Shown: piece after piece, positions 12,233-25,000 of the stretch | How positions within the stretch are numbered: position 1 is the first letter of the stretch | Layout of the letters: the number at the start of each line of letters is the position of its first letter | Assembly (NCBI GenBank): GCA_051294905.1 | Contig: CM119378.1 | Location: 2,296,001 to 2,360,000, forward strand | Direction: 5' to 3' | Source: Botryllus schlosseri | Lineage: Eukaryota | DNA: 64,000 nt | Notes under the pieces: generated by a model | Databases searched by the model: none | Seen by the model: only the letters and a program-made list of their open reading frames with translations | What the model was told of the DNA's origin: nothing | Translations under genes and position numbers: made by a program

Positions 12233-13531
12233 TTATAATTGATTATTTCCACCACTCATATGCATCGGTAACGGGGAATACTGCACATCATCAGAGTTCA
12301 CGCTCTTACGTTTCCTGGCGACACAAAAACAAAGCGAAACACCGATACATAATCCTAGTATAGTCACTAATATGCCGACCGGAACGGCAATATCAGAACA
12401 GGACTTGTTGTCTTTGTTAAGTCCACAAAGACTTGGAGTGTCTCCATCAGTAACAACACCGGCAGCTACACTTTTGAACGTTTCATAACTGCACGTGTGT
12501 CCGCACTCGTAAAAATTCAAAGGAAGCGGATCACTATTGCTGTCATTTCTGTACCAAAATTTTACAAAATAACTACCATCTTTCTCGCGATATAAGTCGA
12601 TCATTGCACAGGATGCATACGGTGGGTTTATCCAGTTGTACGCACCCATTGAAGTCAGTAACGGACCAACAGATACATCATGTCCTGAATACCCAACAAG
12701 AAAATACTTTGTATCGCCACGTATTCGTTTGTCCATATTGTCTATCATATGCGACAGGACTATTCCAGCTCTCATTTTCGAGAGAGTTTTTGCGTATTTC
12801 ATTTCATAATCGGTAAACGATAGGCCCATCTTTACACCTTCCAGGTGAATCAAAGTGTCCATAGTGACACCATCAACCCAATCGGGCAGTTTAAAACCGT
12901 TTGACTTTAAACAGAACAAATTGTCGTACAAGCCACCGATGGTGTCTATCGTGTAGACATTCTGAGATCCAGTAAATTTAGTCATATTTTTGAAAAATTC
13001 TGCATATTTTGTGTCAGTTTCCGTATACCACGCTGACGACACGCGTATTTTCCTCATTAATTTCTCATATTCAGGACAACCATGTTCGGGATCCTGATAC
13101 AACTGATGAAGCCAATCTCCTCCTCCGCTGTGAACAGGAAACGGACGCCATGGGGAAAATATACCATTCCACTTCGTTATATTTTTCGGAGCGTAAAGAC
13201 CAGCTGCGACGCACTGCGCGCTCATGATTGTTCTGTCAATATTTGTGCTTTGAATAAATATTTCACCTTCTCGGTATTTCTCGCTAAGCAAATGTCCGTA
13301 TTTAGATCTCAAAAATAATCCCAAATCATATTCTTGCGACATTCCTTGCTCCGTTAACTGCATTGATCCGTCTTTCCAAACATCTTTGTATGGATCTTTT
13401 GGATACGTATGACGCGATGAACGATCTCCATGCCTCCAAACAAGGTTCGCCTGGATAAGTTCCTGACCTCTTGCCACCAGTTGAATCGATAGAACTAGAA
13501 ACACAACTTGATGCATACAAGCTGTATTCAT
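12233..13531 (-). CDS. Lysosomal/prostatic-type histidine acid phosphatase, type I membrane protein, single coding exon
   Basis: Signal peptide, RHGDRS nucleophile motif, DRTIMSA, YSGHD, PPYASC, a C-terminal TM helix and a YSPL (YxxPhi) sorting motif. Probable ATG at 13531 (or 13516), downstream of an acceptor-like TTTTTCAG at ~13564. Confidence 0.92.
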   Translation of the reverse strand: MNTACMHQVVFLVLSIQLVARGQELIQANLVWRHGDRSSRHTYPKDPYKDVWKDGSMQLTEQGMSQEYDLGLFLRSKYGHLLSEKYREGEIFIQSTNIDRTIMSAQCVAAGLYAPKNITKWNGIFSPWRPFPVHSGGGDWLHQLYQDPEHGCPEYEKLMRKIRVSSAWYTETDTKYAEFFKNMTKFTGSQNVYTIDTIGGLYDNLFCLKSNGFKLPDWVDGVTMDTLIHLEGVKMGLSFTDYEMKYAKTLSKMRAGIVLSHMIDNMDKRIRGDTKYFLVGYSGHDVSVGPLLTSMGAYNWINPPYASCAMIDLYREKDGSYFVKFWYRNDSNSDPLPLNFYECGHTCSYETFKSVAAGVVTDGDTPSLCGLNKDNKSCSDIAVPVGILVTILGLCIGVSLCFCVARKRKSVNSDDVQYSPLPMHMSGGNNQL

Positions 13532-14880
13532 CAAGAATATTCCGTGGCTACAAGTAATTACGTCTGAAAAATTTGTAAACACAATATCGATAACAACACA
13601 CTATTGTTGCAATAAAAATATACAGGGCCTGCTCAAATCACACCTTATTTTATAAACAATAATCAACACCATACAACACACTCAACCAATACCACTATTA
13701 CTTGGACTACACCAGTATATCAGAGATCAACTCTACAGCACAATGAGGACATTCGAGCAATATTGTTTTGCCATCGAAATGTTGAAAAAACATAGGAAGC
13801 TCACAATTTATCTGGTGCCAGCTATCAGCACTTCAAAGGTTATCTACACGCCACACATTATTGGACGGTGCTGGTCGAACGACTGTAGATGTAGGTCAAT
13901 CAAAATTGATAAATCTGAATATATCCGTGCTGAAGAAATCAGAAATTGTTGCTTGGTCTTTGGATTTTCACAAATTGCATAAAGATATCGCAGGACGCCA
14001 ATGTCGGAAATGATATTATTTACTTATAATCACGTTCCGCTGAATGATCACAAATTGTCAACATAAAAAAGGATCACAATGCGATAATGCATAAATTGAA
14101 TATGGACTTGATACCAGGCAACATTGATGGCAAATATCACAATCATGGATAACATCTTCAACTAAAATCATTTCGGGAATTATTAACCATGCAAAGATAC
14201 AGGAATCATTCGACTAATTTACCTATAAGCCTACAGTTTTCGAACTGACATGCAATACTTCCATCCGTATTCACATCAATGTCACTTCCAGTTGGGTTGT
14301 AACATATCATTACACTGAGCAGATGTCGAAATATAATTGCACTTATGTTAGCAGTGTTTCAGAAAAAACTTTGAAAACCAGTGGTTTAGTCAAGTATAAT
14401 TGCATTAAGAAATTGCAATAAATGAAAATATAACGCTTAATATCTCTCACTTGTTACTTGAATACATGAATGATTGATAACATGGAAGAAATTGATTATT
14501 GGAACAGTTTGCATATTATTTCAGAATTTTGTAGGAACTAAGCAAAGAGTGGCCATCACATTCACATACATCCGAAACCTATAACGGGTACAATAAAACA
14601 ACAGATTCTGAGATCAGAAATAAATAAATACAATAAATTCAAATGTGCAATGCATAGGACAGACTATTCCAGTAACAGTTAACGTTCAAGATGAAGATAT
14701 GGGCCAGAGAATTTCGACAGTGGCAGACCATATGTGCAGATCGTGATTATCACAGGAGGGAGTCTGATTTCAAAGACTACTCCAAGTCGTTTCAACATCT
14801 TCCTTTCTTGTCATTGTATCGCAATCTTGTGGTGCATTGATTGGATGGAAATTCTAACAAGCAGAATTGAACATTGAAAG

Positions 14881-16167
14881 TTAAAGAGACTTCTCTTCCC
14901 TCAACGATTCAACTTCATTCAACGGTAAAACGCTATAACTCAGGTCTTGACTTTTTCTATTGAGTCTCTTCAGACAGAAGAATATCGGGAACACCATTAA
15001 AGTGGTGGACATGAGCAATAAAATCCCAGGTATCAAATACAAACAGCAGTCTCTATCCATATGTATCCCACAAAGTTTTGACGTCTTTTGGTCAGTCGAT
15101 ACCGATTTTGCAACATTTTCAAACTTTTCCCAACTGCAGTTAGATCCGCAATCATAAAAATGCAATGGATAAGCCTCAATTGTATCATTTTTGTACCACA
15201 GTTCGACAGAGTACGACCCGGGGCTGTTTTCAAACAAATCAATCATAACCAATGACACATACGGCGGTGCAATCCAATTATAGTCACCTATTGATGCAAG
15301 CAATGCGGCAATACCTTCCTCATTAACTGCATATCCATTCAACGAGCATTCTTTGTTGCCTTTCGTGGCTTGGTAGAGATCTTTTAATATATTTTCCATA
15401 AATACACCATTCCTCATCTTCGCTAACGTTTTAGAATGTTTCATTTCCAAATCGCAAAATTTCAATCCCAGTGCATACCCAGAAAGAATTTTAATCTGAT
15501 CCATTACATGGTCGTCGGCCCATGATGGTAGATTATGCCCGTGAAATCTAAAAGAATTCAGGTTATCATATAAGAGAGATATATTTTCGAAAGAATACGG
15601 CATCCAGTTTCCGGTTTTTTGTCCCAATATTTTGAAAAAGGGCGCATACTTCTTTTTCAGTGATCTCAACAAGTCTGAAGACATATCGATTTTTTTCTTC
15701 GCACTTTCATACAAAGGACAGCCTTTGCGCGGATCCTGGTAAATTTTATAAATCCAATCGTTCGATTTTTCGTTGGTGTGGACGGGTATTGTGAATGGCC
15801 TGAAATTTGGAGTCTTTTTCGAAAAATTCCTGAGATTATAAATACCTGATGCAACGGTCTGAGCACTGATCAAACTACGGTCGACATCAATACTTCTGAA
15901 GCAAACTTCTCTTGAGACATATCTATTGGCGGGATCAAGCAAATGGCCATATTTGGTGCGCAAATAACGTCCAAATTCAAACTCTTTCGCTATACCATCG
16001 TCAGTATACAATAGTTCGTCCCATCTATTTATTGGGTCAGCCGGGTAAGTGTATTCTGTATTGCGATCTGCGTGCTTCCATAATATATGACCTTGAATCA
16101 GCTTTCTGCATTCGACGGACGAGTTCATCAACAACAGTGCAATATTGAGAAGCAATGGCCCAATCAT
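14881..16167 (-). CDS. Tandem acid phosphatase paralog with degenerate catalytic motifs (candidate pseudophosphatase)
   Basis: Colinear with the neighbouring gene (DRSLISAQ, GCPLYE, LYDNL, LPSW, KTLAKMR, YNWIAPPY, WYKND, TM helix, YSVL), but RHGDR becomes KHADR and YSGHD becomes YAVNE. The ORF is intact; ATG at 16167 begins a signal peptide. Confidence 0.88.
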   Translation of the reverse strand: MIGPLLLNIALLLMNSSVECRKLIQGHILWKHADRNTEYTYPADPINRWDELLYTDDGIAKEFEFGRYLRTKYGHLLDPANRYVSREVCFRSIDVDRSLISAQTVASGIYNLRNFSKKTPNFRPFTIPVHTNEKSNDWIYKIYQDPRKGCPLYESAKKKIDMSSDLLRSLKKKYAPFFKILGQKTGNWMPYSFENISLLYDNLNSFRFHGHNLPSWADDHVMDQIKILSGYALGLKFCDLEMKHSKTLAKMRNGVFMENILKDLYQATKGNKECSLNGYAVNEEGIAALLASIGDYNWIAPPYVSLVMIDLFENSPGSYSVELWYKNDTIEAYPLHFYDCGSNCSWEKFENVAKSVSTDQKTSKLCGIHMDRDCCLYLIPGILLLMSTTLMVFPIFFCLKRLNRKSQDLSYSVLPLNEVESLREEKSL

Positions 16168-16790
16168 ATCATGATAGTTTAAATAAACTATTGGTACCGT
16201 AACTGCTAACTGTAGTCTGTCACAAAAAAAATAGTATTGAGATTGTGCATGAGATAAAAACAACAAAAATTGACCAATTTAAGAACTCAATTTGTAATTG
16301 AACTCTAAGCAGAATATCAGAAAGGCTGTAGAACAGGCCGCACTTCGGTGATAATTTAGTTTCTAGGGACTGAATATGACTCTTCCAGGACATGTTCGAG
16401 TCCAGTAAAACCCCGAGATATTTGGCATTATCTGTGTTGGAAACGGGCTGACCAGCGATATTAACGGTTAGGTTATTTTTTTAATTTACTGTCAGCAATT
16501 GGATTTTTTAATTATTATTCGAGGGCTCCTACCGTTTCAAGCACACCTCACTCAGCTCTACCAGCAGCCGGTAGCCTAAATTAGATTACGTGAGCAGCGA
16601 GACGTTATAAAAATTGATAGCAATCTGTATGCAATTCCCGATCATATATTGACCGACTCAATCATGAAATATAGAAATTTCTCTTTCTTCGCGCGTGTAG
16701 GCGAGAAGAGCTGACTCAATAAATGCGTGACAGCCTACTAGACTATTTTGCGCATCTCAGACATAGTATAGACCTGATACTAATTGCAGA

Positions 16791-17043
16791 GTGATACAGC
16801 TTTATATCCACAGGGTGATACAGTTGATACAGCTTTATATCCTAAGGGTGATAGCTGATACAGCTTTATATCCACAGGGTGATACAGCTGATACCCAGGT
16901 TGGAATCCCGGTACGCTTAGCGCAATATCTTTGGTGTGCCAAGGCGGTTCTCAGCGTCACACCTGTGTGCAGTCAGAAGAATCTTTGGTGTGCACGAGAC
17001 GCCGATTCCATATTGGGCTGATACAGCTTTATATCCACAGGGC
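16791..17043. repeat. Short tandem repeat, core GATACAGCTTTATATCCACAGGG
   Basis: Three head-to-tail ~31-33-bp units at 16791-16893 and a fourth core copy at ~17020-17043. Confidence 0.8.
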
Positions 17044-17057
17044 CCTTGGCCTGTTTG

Positions 17058-17195
17058 GAATCGGTGTCCTGTGCTCACACTATATTTCATTTTTTAATTA
17101 ATTTTTATTAAATTACTTTTAACTTGGAAAATCATCGCTGCTCACCAGATATATCAGGCAAAAAGGCCAGCGATTCCAATCAGGGCCCTTGGAAT
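17058..17195 (+). repeat. Dispersed repeat, second copy at ~63367-63510
   Basis: Shared GGAATCGGTGTCCTGTGCTCAC...GGAAAATCATCGCTGCTCACCnGATATATCAGGCAAAA. Confidence 0.7.
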
Positions 17196-17835
17196 AGCAC
17201 CATATTCATTCATTTGCAATCATTTACCTAAAACCATAGAAGCCCTAAGGAAAATAGTTGGTAAGTTGGCTGTTACCATTTACATGGAATACTGCATACG
17301 ACAGATACTTGTTTCAACCGTCTATACTTTATTCATGACCAACGAGCATCAGTGTGTCTATATGGAAAACTGGTGATGTCTACCTCCATCGAAACTGTTG
17401 TCGTTCTAGCAAAAAATTCGAATTCATATGAAACATCATGAATAATCGGGTGAAGCACTATTTTCGCAAAATCATAAAATTATAACCAAGTATCGTCAGC
17501 TTATTATTTTCCAGAGATGAGCATGAGCAATGAGCATTGAGCAATTTGAGCAATGAGCATGGATTAGGATTAAGATTTGTGAAATTTTGTCGGATTTGGA
17601 TTGGATTAGGATTTCAGATTTTTTGTAATGGATTAGGATTAGAGAGAGAGAAAGAGAGAGAGTCTTTATTTTCATCCAACCAAAATACATAACACATGGC
17701 AGTGGTGGTGGTACAGAAAATATGCTTGCACAGTAGGGCTGTTCAAAAATAACTTATTTTTCTGGATTCCAGTTGTTCAGTTATCAAATTGTCAGATTAC
17801 CCTAAAAACGCCGCACACCAAATTTGGTTCAATTC

Positions 17836-19125
17836 CAGAGGTGGTCAGTAACGAAGTACTTCTACTTTTTCGAAGTACTCAAGTAGTTTTCCTCTACTTC
17901 TGGTACTTACTCAAGTAGATCTGATTTTCGCTACTTCTACTTCTACTTCATAATATTTTGTGATCTACTTACTTACTTTTCGCTATTTTCAGTTTGTCAA
18001 GTAGAAGTAGTTCAATCTTCCAATCAAAGATAGCCTGAGAAATTTCGGGGCTGTTTTCACGTATCAGTATCAACATTTAATTTTCATAAAAGTTGAGTAA
18101 AGCCAAGAATTTTCGTCGCGCTTCGCGCGCAGTGGATACGGAGTGTCAGCTATGATTTCACGAAAGTATCGGTGAATGTAATTTAGGTGGCGGGTTGGCA
18201 TGGTTCCGTTCACACCACATTGTCAACCTTCGCCCATATGAAATAATTCATCACAGTATATATGGCTCATACTAACGTTTGAAACTGATGTTTCGCTATC
18301 TAGCGTTTACTTGTCATATCGTAATCTAGCATGTCCATGGTGTGTCCTAATATGGAAAAGTGGACTCCGACTTTTTTTTAGTTTTAGAGCTGTTTTAGCA
18401 TACCACCTTTGAAACTTTCTGGACTAAAGGCATGAAATACATGTTCCACTTTCAGAAGTAGTATTTATATTTCACATTTAATTCCCAAAATCATATACTT
18501 TGAGTTATAATTAATATCAGTTCTTTTGTCTGGATAACATACATGTTGAAGTATAAAAGCAAGTATAGTAATGCCTTTAATTTCCGGAAATAAAGCTACA
18601 CAATATGACGTTTTTACGGTCCACCATATTAACGTCTACTAATCGCGCGAAGTGTTTACACCGTATCCTGTATCACTTCTCCGTATTGCTCTTCGACTAA
18701 ACTATGGGCCTTATAATATGGGGGATGGCGCCGTACCATGCTATTTTCTAAAACGTGCTGTTCGAGAAAACAGAGGATTAGTATCGCATTCACATATCAA
18801 TACTATCATTTTCATCCCATGATGTGGACGAATGATTATGCTATCGAAAATTGGATACCTGCTGGTATGCATCAATATGAATCAAGCTCGTCACCTTTCG
18901 AATAGCACAATTAGCACCTTTTTACAATCCATGTGAACGAATTAGGGTTGTTTTCACAACTACTTACTTACTTGAGTACTTTTAAAGTCAGTAAATTCTA
19001 CTTCTACTTCAAGTAGTTTTAGGTTGCTTATGGAAGAAGTACTTCTACTCGTACTTGAGTAGATTTTTTCGTCGCTACTTCTACTTCTACTTGAGTAGCT
19101 TTCTTGACTACTTTGACCACCTCTG
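17836..19125. mobile_element. Non-autonomous hAT-type element
   Basis: TIR CAGAGGTGGTCA...TGACCACCTCTG, perfect 8-bp TSD TTCAATTC (17828-17835, 19126-19133) and many subterminal CTACTT/AAGTAG motifs. Nested in an element starting TAGGGCTGTTCAAAA at ~17734. Confidence 0.9.
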
Positions 19126-19370
19126 TTCAATTCTAACAAGCATAGGGCTCCGCAGATCCAATTAAATTTTTCAATTTAAACAGGAAAATTAAAAAAAATC
19201 GCAAATTTTTTTGTCAACCCCATGAAATTGTTGAGCTCTCTTCAGAGACGATGCAAAACAAATTTGACTCAATTCCAACTAGTAGAAGCGGAGTTATTGG
19301 AGTTTTTCGTTGATATTTCTCGGAATATCCTTGATTGGTGGATAATCCGAGGATTATCATTCCAGACGAT

Positions 19371-20340
19371 AGAGAGAGAGAGAGAGAGATTTATTTCTTC
19401 GTCAACCGGAATAAGCAGAATGAGTAAGCATGAAAAAATGCTCAAATAAAACAAAAACACATACACAGTAATAATAGTGTGTAATTGCCTCTATAACGGT
19501 ATAGACGGGTGCCGGCGATATGATCCTTACGATCTTCATGTCAAGCCGGAACCTAGGAGATTAGGAACAAGTATATAGATACATACGCTCATGCTTACTA
19601 GATATGGTGGTTTGTAAAAAAACGAAAACAGGAAAACAACAACGAACTACACAGTGGATGCCTTGATGCGATAGCAGATGGGGAATACATCCGATGATGA
19701 TTAGTACTTACCGAGAAGTAGGTCAAGGAACTTCGCCTTGAATGACGGAAAGCTCATACTCTTCAGTCGCGGGGGTAATTTATTCCACACATCAATTCCA
19801 GCACGCTTCAAGGGAGGAAAAGCATTGTCGGAATTAGACATAAATAGGTTGGAAGAGCTCTTAGATCGAGTACCGTAGCTGTGTATATGCATGCAGTATT
19901 CAAAGTAGTTTACAAGTGAATTTGGAACTTCTTGTTTGTTAAACTTATACATGAACTTTGCTACTTCAAAAATATATATGTCCTCAACTTTAAGAATGCG
20001 AAGTTTCTTATAATATGGAGATAAGCGATGATAGATGGACAGTCCAGCAATAGCCCGAATGGCTTTATTCTGCAGTACTTGCAGTGCCTTCAAAATAGTT
20101 TGGGTTGCAGATCCCCACATAACAATACCATATTGCAAATGGCAGTGAACGATGGAGAAATAAAGACTTCTGAGCATAGGCCTAGGAACAATTCTATTCA
20201 GTCGCCACAGGACACCAGTATTGCGAGAGATCTTCGACGAAACATGACTTGTATGGGTATTCCAACTGAGGTCATTGTCAATAAATATTCCTAGATATTT
20301 CATTGATTTGCAAAAGCACATCACTTGACCAGCCATCGTT
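19371..20340 (-). mobile_element. 5'-truncated CR1/L2-group (Crack/Daphne-like) LINE: ORF2 C-terminus, 3' UTR and (CT)n tail
   Basis: ORF 19701-20336 has KYLGIFIDNDLSW..H, LYFSIVHCHLQYGIVMWG, LQNKAIR, HSYGTR and WNKLP. On the minus strand AATAAA is followed by (CT)n at 19371-19388. Confidence 0.9.
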
Positions 20341-21306
20341 AATTTGTGATTAATATTGGAGAGGTCCCGAGTAGTCGATAGATTTCTTATAGTTCGGTTG
20401 CTATTGGGTGGGGGTAAGTAGATATTTCCTTTAGACGAGGATCACGTCTAGGATTAGGATTGGATTTACCGATTCTTCAGGGAGATTGACGTCCTGTGGC
20501 GAATGGCGATGAGTCAGTCAGTTTTTTATTAATATTTTCATCATTTCAAAACATCACAAGACTGCGATACAATGAAAAGATAGGAATTTGTCGAAACAAC
20601 TTGGAGTAGCCTTTAAGATCAGACACCCACCTTAGCCTAGGCGAAGTAAAGAGGAATGCACACTGAATGAGAAGTAATGCAGAGCGTATAAGCCGCAAGC
20701 GACAAAATAAGGTGGCATGCGGCGGAGGGTGAGGTCGATGTTAGGTCGTGGTCCGGTAATCCTGAAGGCTGGTGTAAGATCTGTCCCAGCAGGGTGCCAG
20801 TAATCTTTCCGCGCAACCCCGCACTTAACCTCATTTCCCACGACCTTAATCTTATATCGATAAAGTAGTCTGCGAAGCACGTGCTTTGAGAGATCGCCAT
20901 TGTAGCGCCGTAGCGGGCGTGCTCGCGCTTAAGTCACAGAGTCGTGTACAGACAATTAGATACATTTAACTTTGTTCTTTCTATATTCGTTAATATATTG
21001 CAGTATGATTTGCTCCTGGTAAATCTACAAGTTTCTGACCACTAATTACTACCATTTGGCTGTTCTGTGCAATTAAAGAAAGCTCCTTAGCTCCTTGGAT
21101 CTGCGTGTGTGATCAGGATTGCGAGAGTGTAGGCCACTCAGAGCGGTCATTAGTCAGTTAATTAGTGCGTACAGCGGGAACGGTAGGTGTAGCGTCGACT
21201 CCAATCGAGCACTATACCAGCGCGTCTTGCAACAAGTCGTTGCAGCGACCGCTACAGCTGGCAAGTATTTCATTAAGAAGAAATTGCTTGTATTTCGACT
21301 TGAATG

Positions 21307-21834
21307 CGGCAATTTGACGGTCATTTTTGACCGGCTTGCCGAGTATTAAACTTGGTAAAACGGGTATCAATCGAAAGCTGACTCTGCACTGATTACGAAA
21401 ATATAAATTTTATTCCGCTCGAGGCCCTGGAACTCCCACAATCAGCCTCGAATTTTTCATGTTTATGGAGATTGGCATTGGGACGCAACAATGCTGTCTG
21501 GCGAAACGAGTGAGAAGCTCATGACGCAACAATGCTGTCCGACGAAACGAGAGTGTAGCTCAAGAGAAAAATTTCCAAAAAGCATTGTTGCGTCCCAATG
21601 CCAACCTCCATAACAATGAAAGATTCGAGGCTGATTGTGGGGGTTCCAGGGCCGCAAGCGGAATAAAATTTATATTTTCGTCATCAGTGCAGAGTCAGCT
21701 TTCGATTGATACCCGTTTTACCAAATTTAATGCTCGGCAAGCCGGTCAGAAATGACTGTCAAATTGCCTGTAGCCAAATGGAAATTGTGACGTGATACAA
21801 TTTCACTGAGCCGTGAGATTTGCTTGTGTCGACA
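21307..21834. mobile_element. Palindromic foldback MITE, left end truncated
   Basis: ~21307-21497 is inverted at ~21580-21768. Same family as 23736-24250. Confidence 0.8.
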
Positions 21835-21924
21835 CCATATAGGACACTATGGTGCAACCATCATCTGTCTTGTGCCGATATTAACTGTAGGCTAGTGATG
21901 AACAACATCATATACTATAGGCTA

Positions 21925-22468
21925 TGTGAAAATTGGGTGGAGTTTTATTGTTTCAAAGCTAATTCCACGGCTGTATTTCCTTAAATACGTGATCGTGTCC
22001 TGAAAATCTGCGCCTTCGATTTGATATGAAACGAGTGCCGAAAATCCATTTTCACCAAGAGGTGGTGCGACGGATGTAACGCGTAACGCCTGGATGTGCA
22101 ACCATAGGGTCCTACGTGTCGACGCGACACTCCGTCGTCAATGGTTGTCGATTTAGCAGGCGTCGAATCCTCTCTGCAGCACTAAATATGGCTCGGACTA
22201 GTCAAACCTTAGGTATCAGTCTTGTATTCAACGTAACACAATCAAGCTCTCTAAATTGAAACAAGGCTTTGGTTGAAACACGAAGATGCGTAAGCGAGAT
22301 TCGCAATAGTGCTTACTCGTCCGTTGCTCGATGGAAAGGAGCACGATACAACGGTAGCGAGGGCAATTTATACAAGCGAAAAAAGGCGATTTAAAACAGA
22401 AACAATCAAATCACTAAAATCGTACAAATAGCAAATAACATGCGCAATCGCAAACACTCCCCCACTTG
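21925..22468 (-). mobile_element. Probable 3' LTR with polypurine tract (LTR retrotransposon relic)
   Basis: The minus strand reads AAGTGGGGGAG (PPT-like) followed directly by TGTTTGCG, and ends ...AATAAAACTCCACCCAATTTTCACA at 21925 (TG...CA, ~530 bp). No second LTR or pol motif was found. Confidence 0.45.
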
Positions 22469-22909
22469 ACTGAACCCAGTCAACAGGATTGCATCAATGA
22501 GTAAAACAATCGGAGGAGTCAGTACTCAAAAGCGTACACAAATCTGTGACCGCACAGGTCCGACGACCGTACAATACAAATAGTAATTCGAAATGGCATG
22601 TTCCCTTGTGGTTACGTAACAACTTCTGAGAACCATGTGTTTCGAGAGCGCAAATCAAAGAAGGGTAAGTAATAATTATATCACGTCCAGTCAACGTCGG
22701 CACAGAATAGTTCGATGGATGAGCCGATTAAAGCCATCAGCATAAGCGACTCGGTCCGAGATCGACTAAATTTGGTCTGAAGGGGCGAACAGATGACTCC
22801 ATTCCCGACTAATGTTACAGCTACATTTCAATACACTGTGGTTAAATGACAAATGTCCATCGTATTAGAAGCTATACATTATACAACCTTCGATCCCATC
22901 GACGTTCGA

Positions 22910-23082
22910 TAAATCACTTCTGAATGGTAGACAGGCGCTCAGCAACTCTACTAGTGATGAGAACCAATCACTTTAAAATTATAGAGAGGCGTTCAGCAAA
23001 CTCTATACTAGTGATACTAATAAATCACCGGCAATCGTACGGAGGCGTCCAGCAACTCTACAAGTGACGAGAATAATCCACG
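22910..23082. repeat. Three degenerate ~55-bp tandem units (core AGGCGnnCAGCAACTCTA...AGTGA)
   Basis: Cores are visible at ~22933, ~22987 and ~23043. Confidence 0.65.
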
Positions 23083-23735
23083 CGAACGCTTGACCAAAGT
23101 GCTTGATGACGGTAATCAATGTCAGAAGAATCGGGTCACTGCCGCTAAAACTTCGTTATCATTTGAGAAGTTGAATCCATCGTCGCAATCGTGGAGGCGG
23201 CGTTGACAGCATTCAACTTTGTAACGATCTTGATTATGGCAACCAATCGAAACGACTGTTCAGTGTTCACCAAGCGTTGGAAGACGAAAACGGATGAATC
23301 TTGACCCTCGAAACGGTAAACGTATAGATTGGGGAACTGGTCACAATCGTCCGTTCCGTTCATATAGAAAACGAGATCATTCAACTGAATGTAACAAAAG
23401 ATATAGCATTGGGTTGGGGTGGTTGGTCACCGTAAATACTATTTTATTCATAATTCAATTTTTTCTACGGCAATAACTCCGCTTCTACTGTTTGTAATTG
23501 AACCAAATTTCGTGAACATCGTTTCTATAGACAACCTAACACTTTCATGGGGTGAACAGAAAATTTTTTGTTATTTATTTTTATATAATAAATAGAAACT
23601 TTCTTCTCCTGTAGCAATGCGGCTACTGGTTGGAATTGAACCAAATTTCGCGTGTAGGCTTAAATTAGGTAACCTAACAATTTTATCAAGTAGCCAGTAC
23701 GATTTGAGAAAAAAAGGCATGTTTGAAGAGCCCTA

Positions 23736-24250
23736 GTGTAGACACAAGCAAATCTCACGGCTCAGTGAAATTGATTATGTCACACTTGCCATTTGGTCAA
23801 AGGCAACTTTACGGTCATTTATGACCGGTTTGCCGAGCGCTAAATTCAATAAACCGGGTGTCAACGGAAAGCTGCTGCTGTACATATTACGAACCCCCTA
23901 AAACCAGCCTCGAATTATGCATTGTGATCTAGTTTTGAATTGTGACGCAACAATGCTGTCTGGTTCTTACTTCTTAGCTTCACTCTCGTTTTGCCAGACA
24001 AGATTGTTGCGTCACCATGTCCAAACTCGATCACAATGCAAAATTCGAAGCAAATTTTGGGGGTTCCAGGACCATGAGCAGAATAAAATTTGTATTTTCG
24101 TAATCAGTACAGCAGCAGCTTTCCCTTGATATCCGTTTATCGAATTTAGCGCTCGGCAAGCCGGTCAAAAATGGCCATAAAGTTGCCTTTGACCAAAAGG
24201 AAAGTGTGACGTATACCAACTTCACTGAGCCGTGAGATTTGCTAGAACAC
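23736..24250. mobile_element. Palindromic foldback MITE
   Basis: AGCAAATCTCACGGCTCAGTGAA at the left end and TTCACTGAGCCGTGAGATTTGCT at the right end. Arms are ~220 bp and TA flanks both ends. Confidence 0.8.
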
Positions 24251-24509
24251 TAAGTGCAACTGATAAATCGCTACTTAAAAGATTTGGTTTTTGCGGCTCC
24301 ATAAGGCGCGCTCGTCGAAGTGTTGATTTGTTTGATTGCCAATTTGTGAATGCTTCCGCGTCCCTCTTCAATGCATGCAGGTTGATATGTTCTCTCGTTC
24401 AGTTACTAACTCCGCTCGCAATAAACGGAGCTCTCGCTTCATGGTGTTCTAAATATAGATGATATGAGGAAGCTAGAAATAGCCAAGTTTATGTACCAGT
24501 TCCATTGTG

Positions 24510-25000
24510 GTCACTGTCCCTCAAATTTCAACGACTACTTCATCTCAGAATCAAAATCGCACAAGTAGGCCACACGTGCGTCCTCGAAGAACAACTATCA
24601 TATTATCAGGACAGAATACAAGAAAATGCATCATTCTATCAAGTATGCCGAACCTCGCTTGTGGAACAGCATCTCGCCTGCTATCCGGCAGTCGTGGAGC
24701 ATATACATACATTCACATTCAAGTCGAAATATAAGCAATTTCTTTTGAATGAATACAGTAGTCAGCCCTCAAGATTAGCGGACCGCGTATCAATCGCAGC
24801 TTCCGCTACATGCCACCTCCTTTTGCCGCTTGTCTTTTATATTCTCTGCTTTAGTTTTCAATCAGTGTGCATGCCTCTTTTTTACATCTCCTTTTTTTAC
24901 TGCTCCAAGTTGTTTCGACACCTTCCTATCTTTTCATTGTATCGCAGTTTCGTGGTGTTTTGAAATGATGAAAAAATATAACTAAAACTGATTGATTGAA
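24510..25000 (+). mobile_element. Decayed CR1/L2-group LINE 3' end
   Basis: Frameshifted ORF2 tail (PSNFNDYF...H..TR...SIKY...RLWNSI...FKSKYKQFLLNEY). Its 3' UTR (CTTTTCATTGTATCGCAGT...GTGGTGTTTTGAAAT) recurs at ~2390-2500, 14755-14845, 20515-20760 and 39590-39860. Confidence 0.75.

Noticed and set aside
10207..16266. ORF-track N-terminal extensions of MOV10 and the two phosphatases (also GT paralog B at 35718)
   Set aside because: They start at TTG/GTG codons, and for the phosphatases and GT paralog B they run through acceptor-like sequence. The downstream ATGs give proper signal or anchor peptides.
16791..17043. CRISPR-like array of ~24-bp repeats
   Set aside because: Units are head-to-tail with only 7-9-bp near-identical linkers, there are no unique spacers or cas genes, and the context is eukaryotic. 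It is an ordinary minisatellite.
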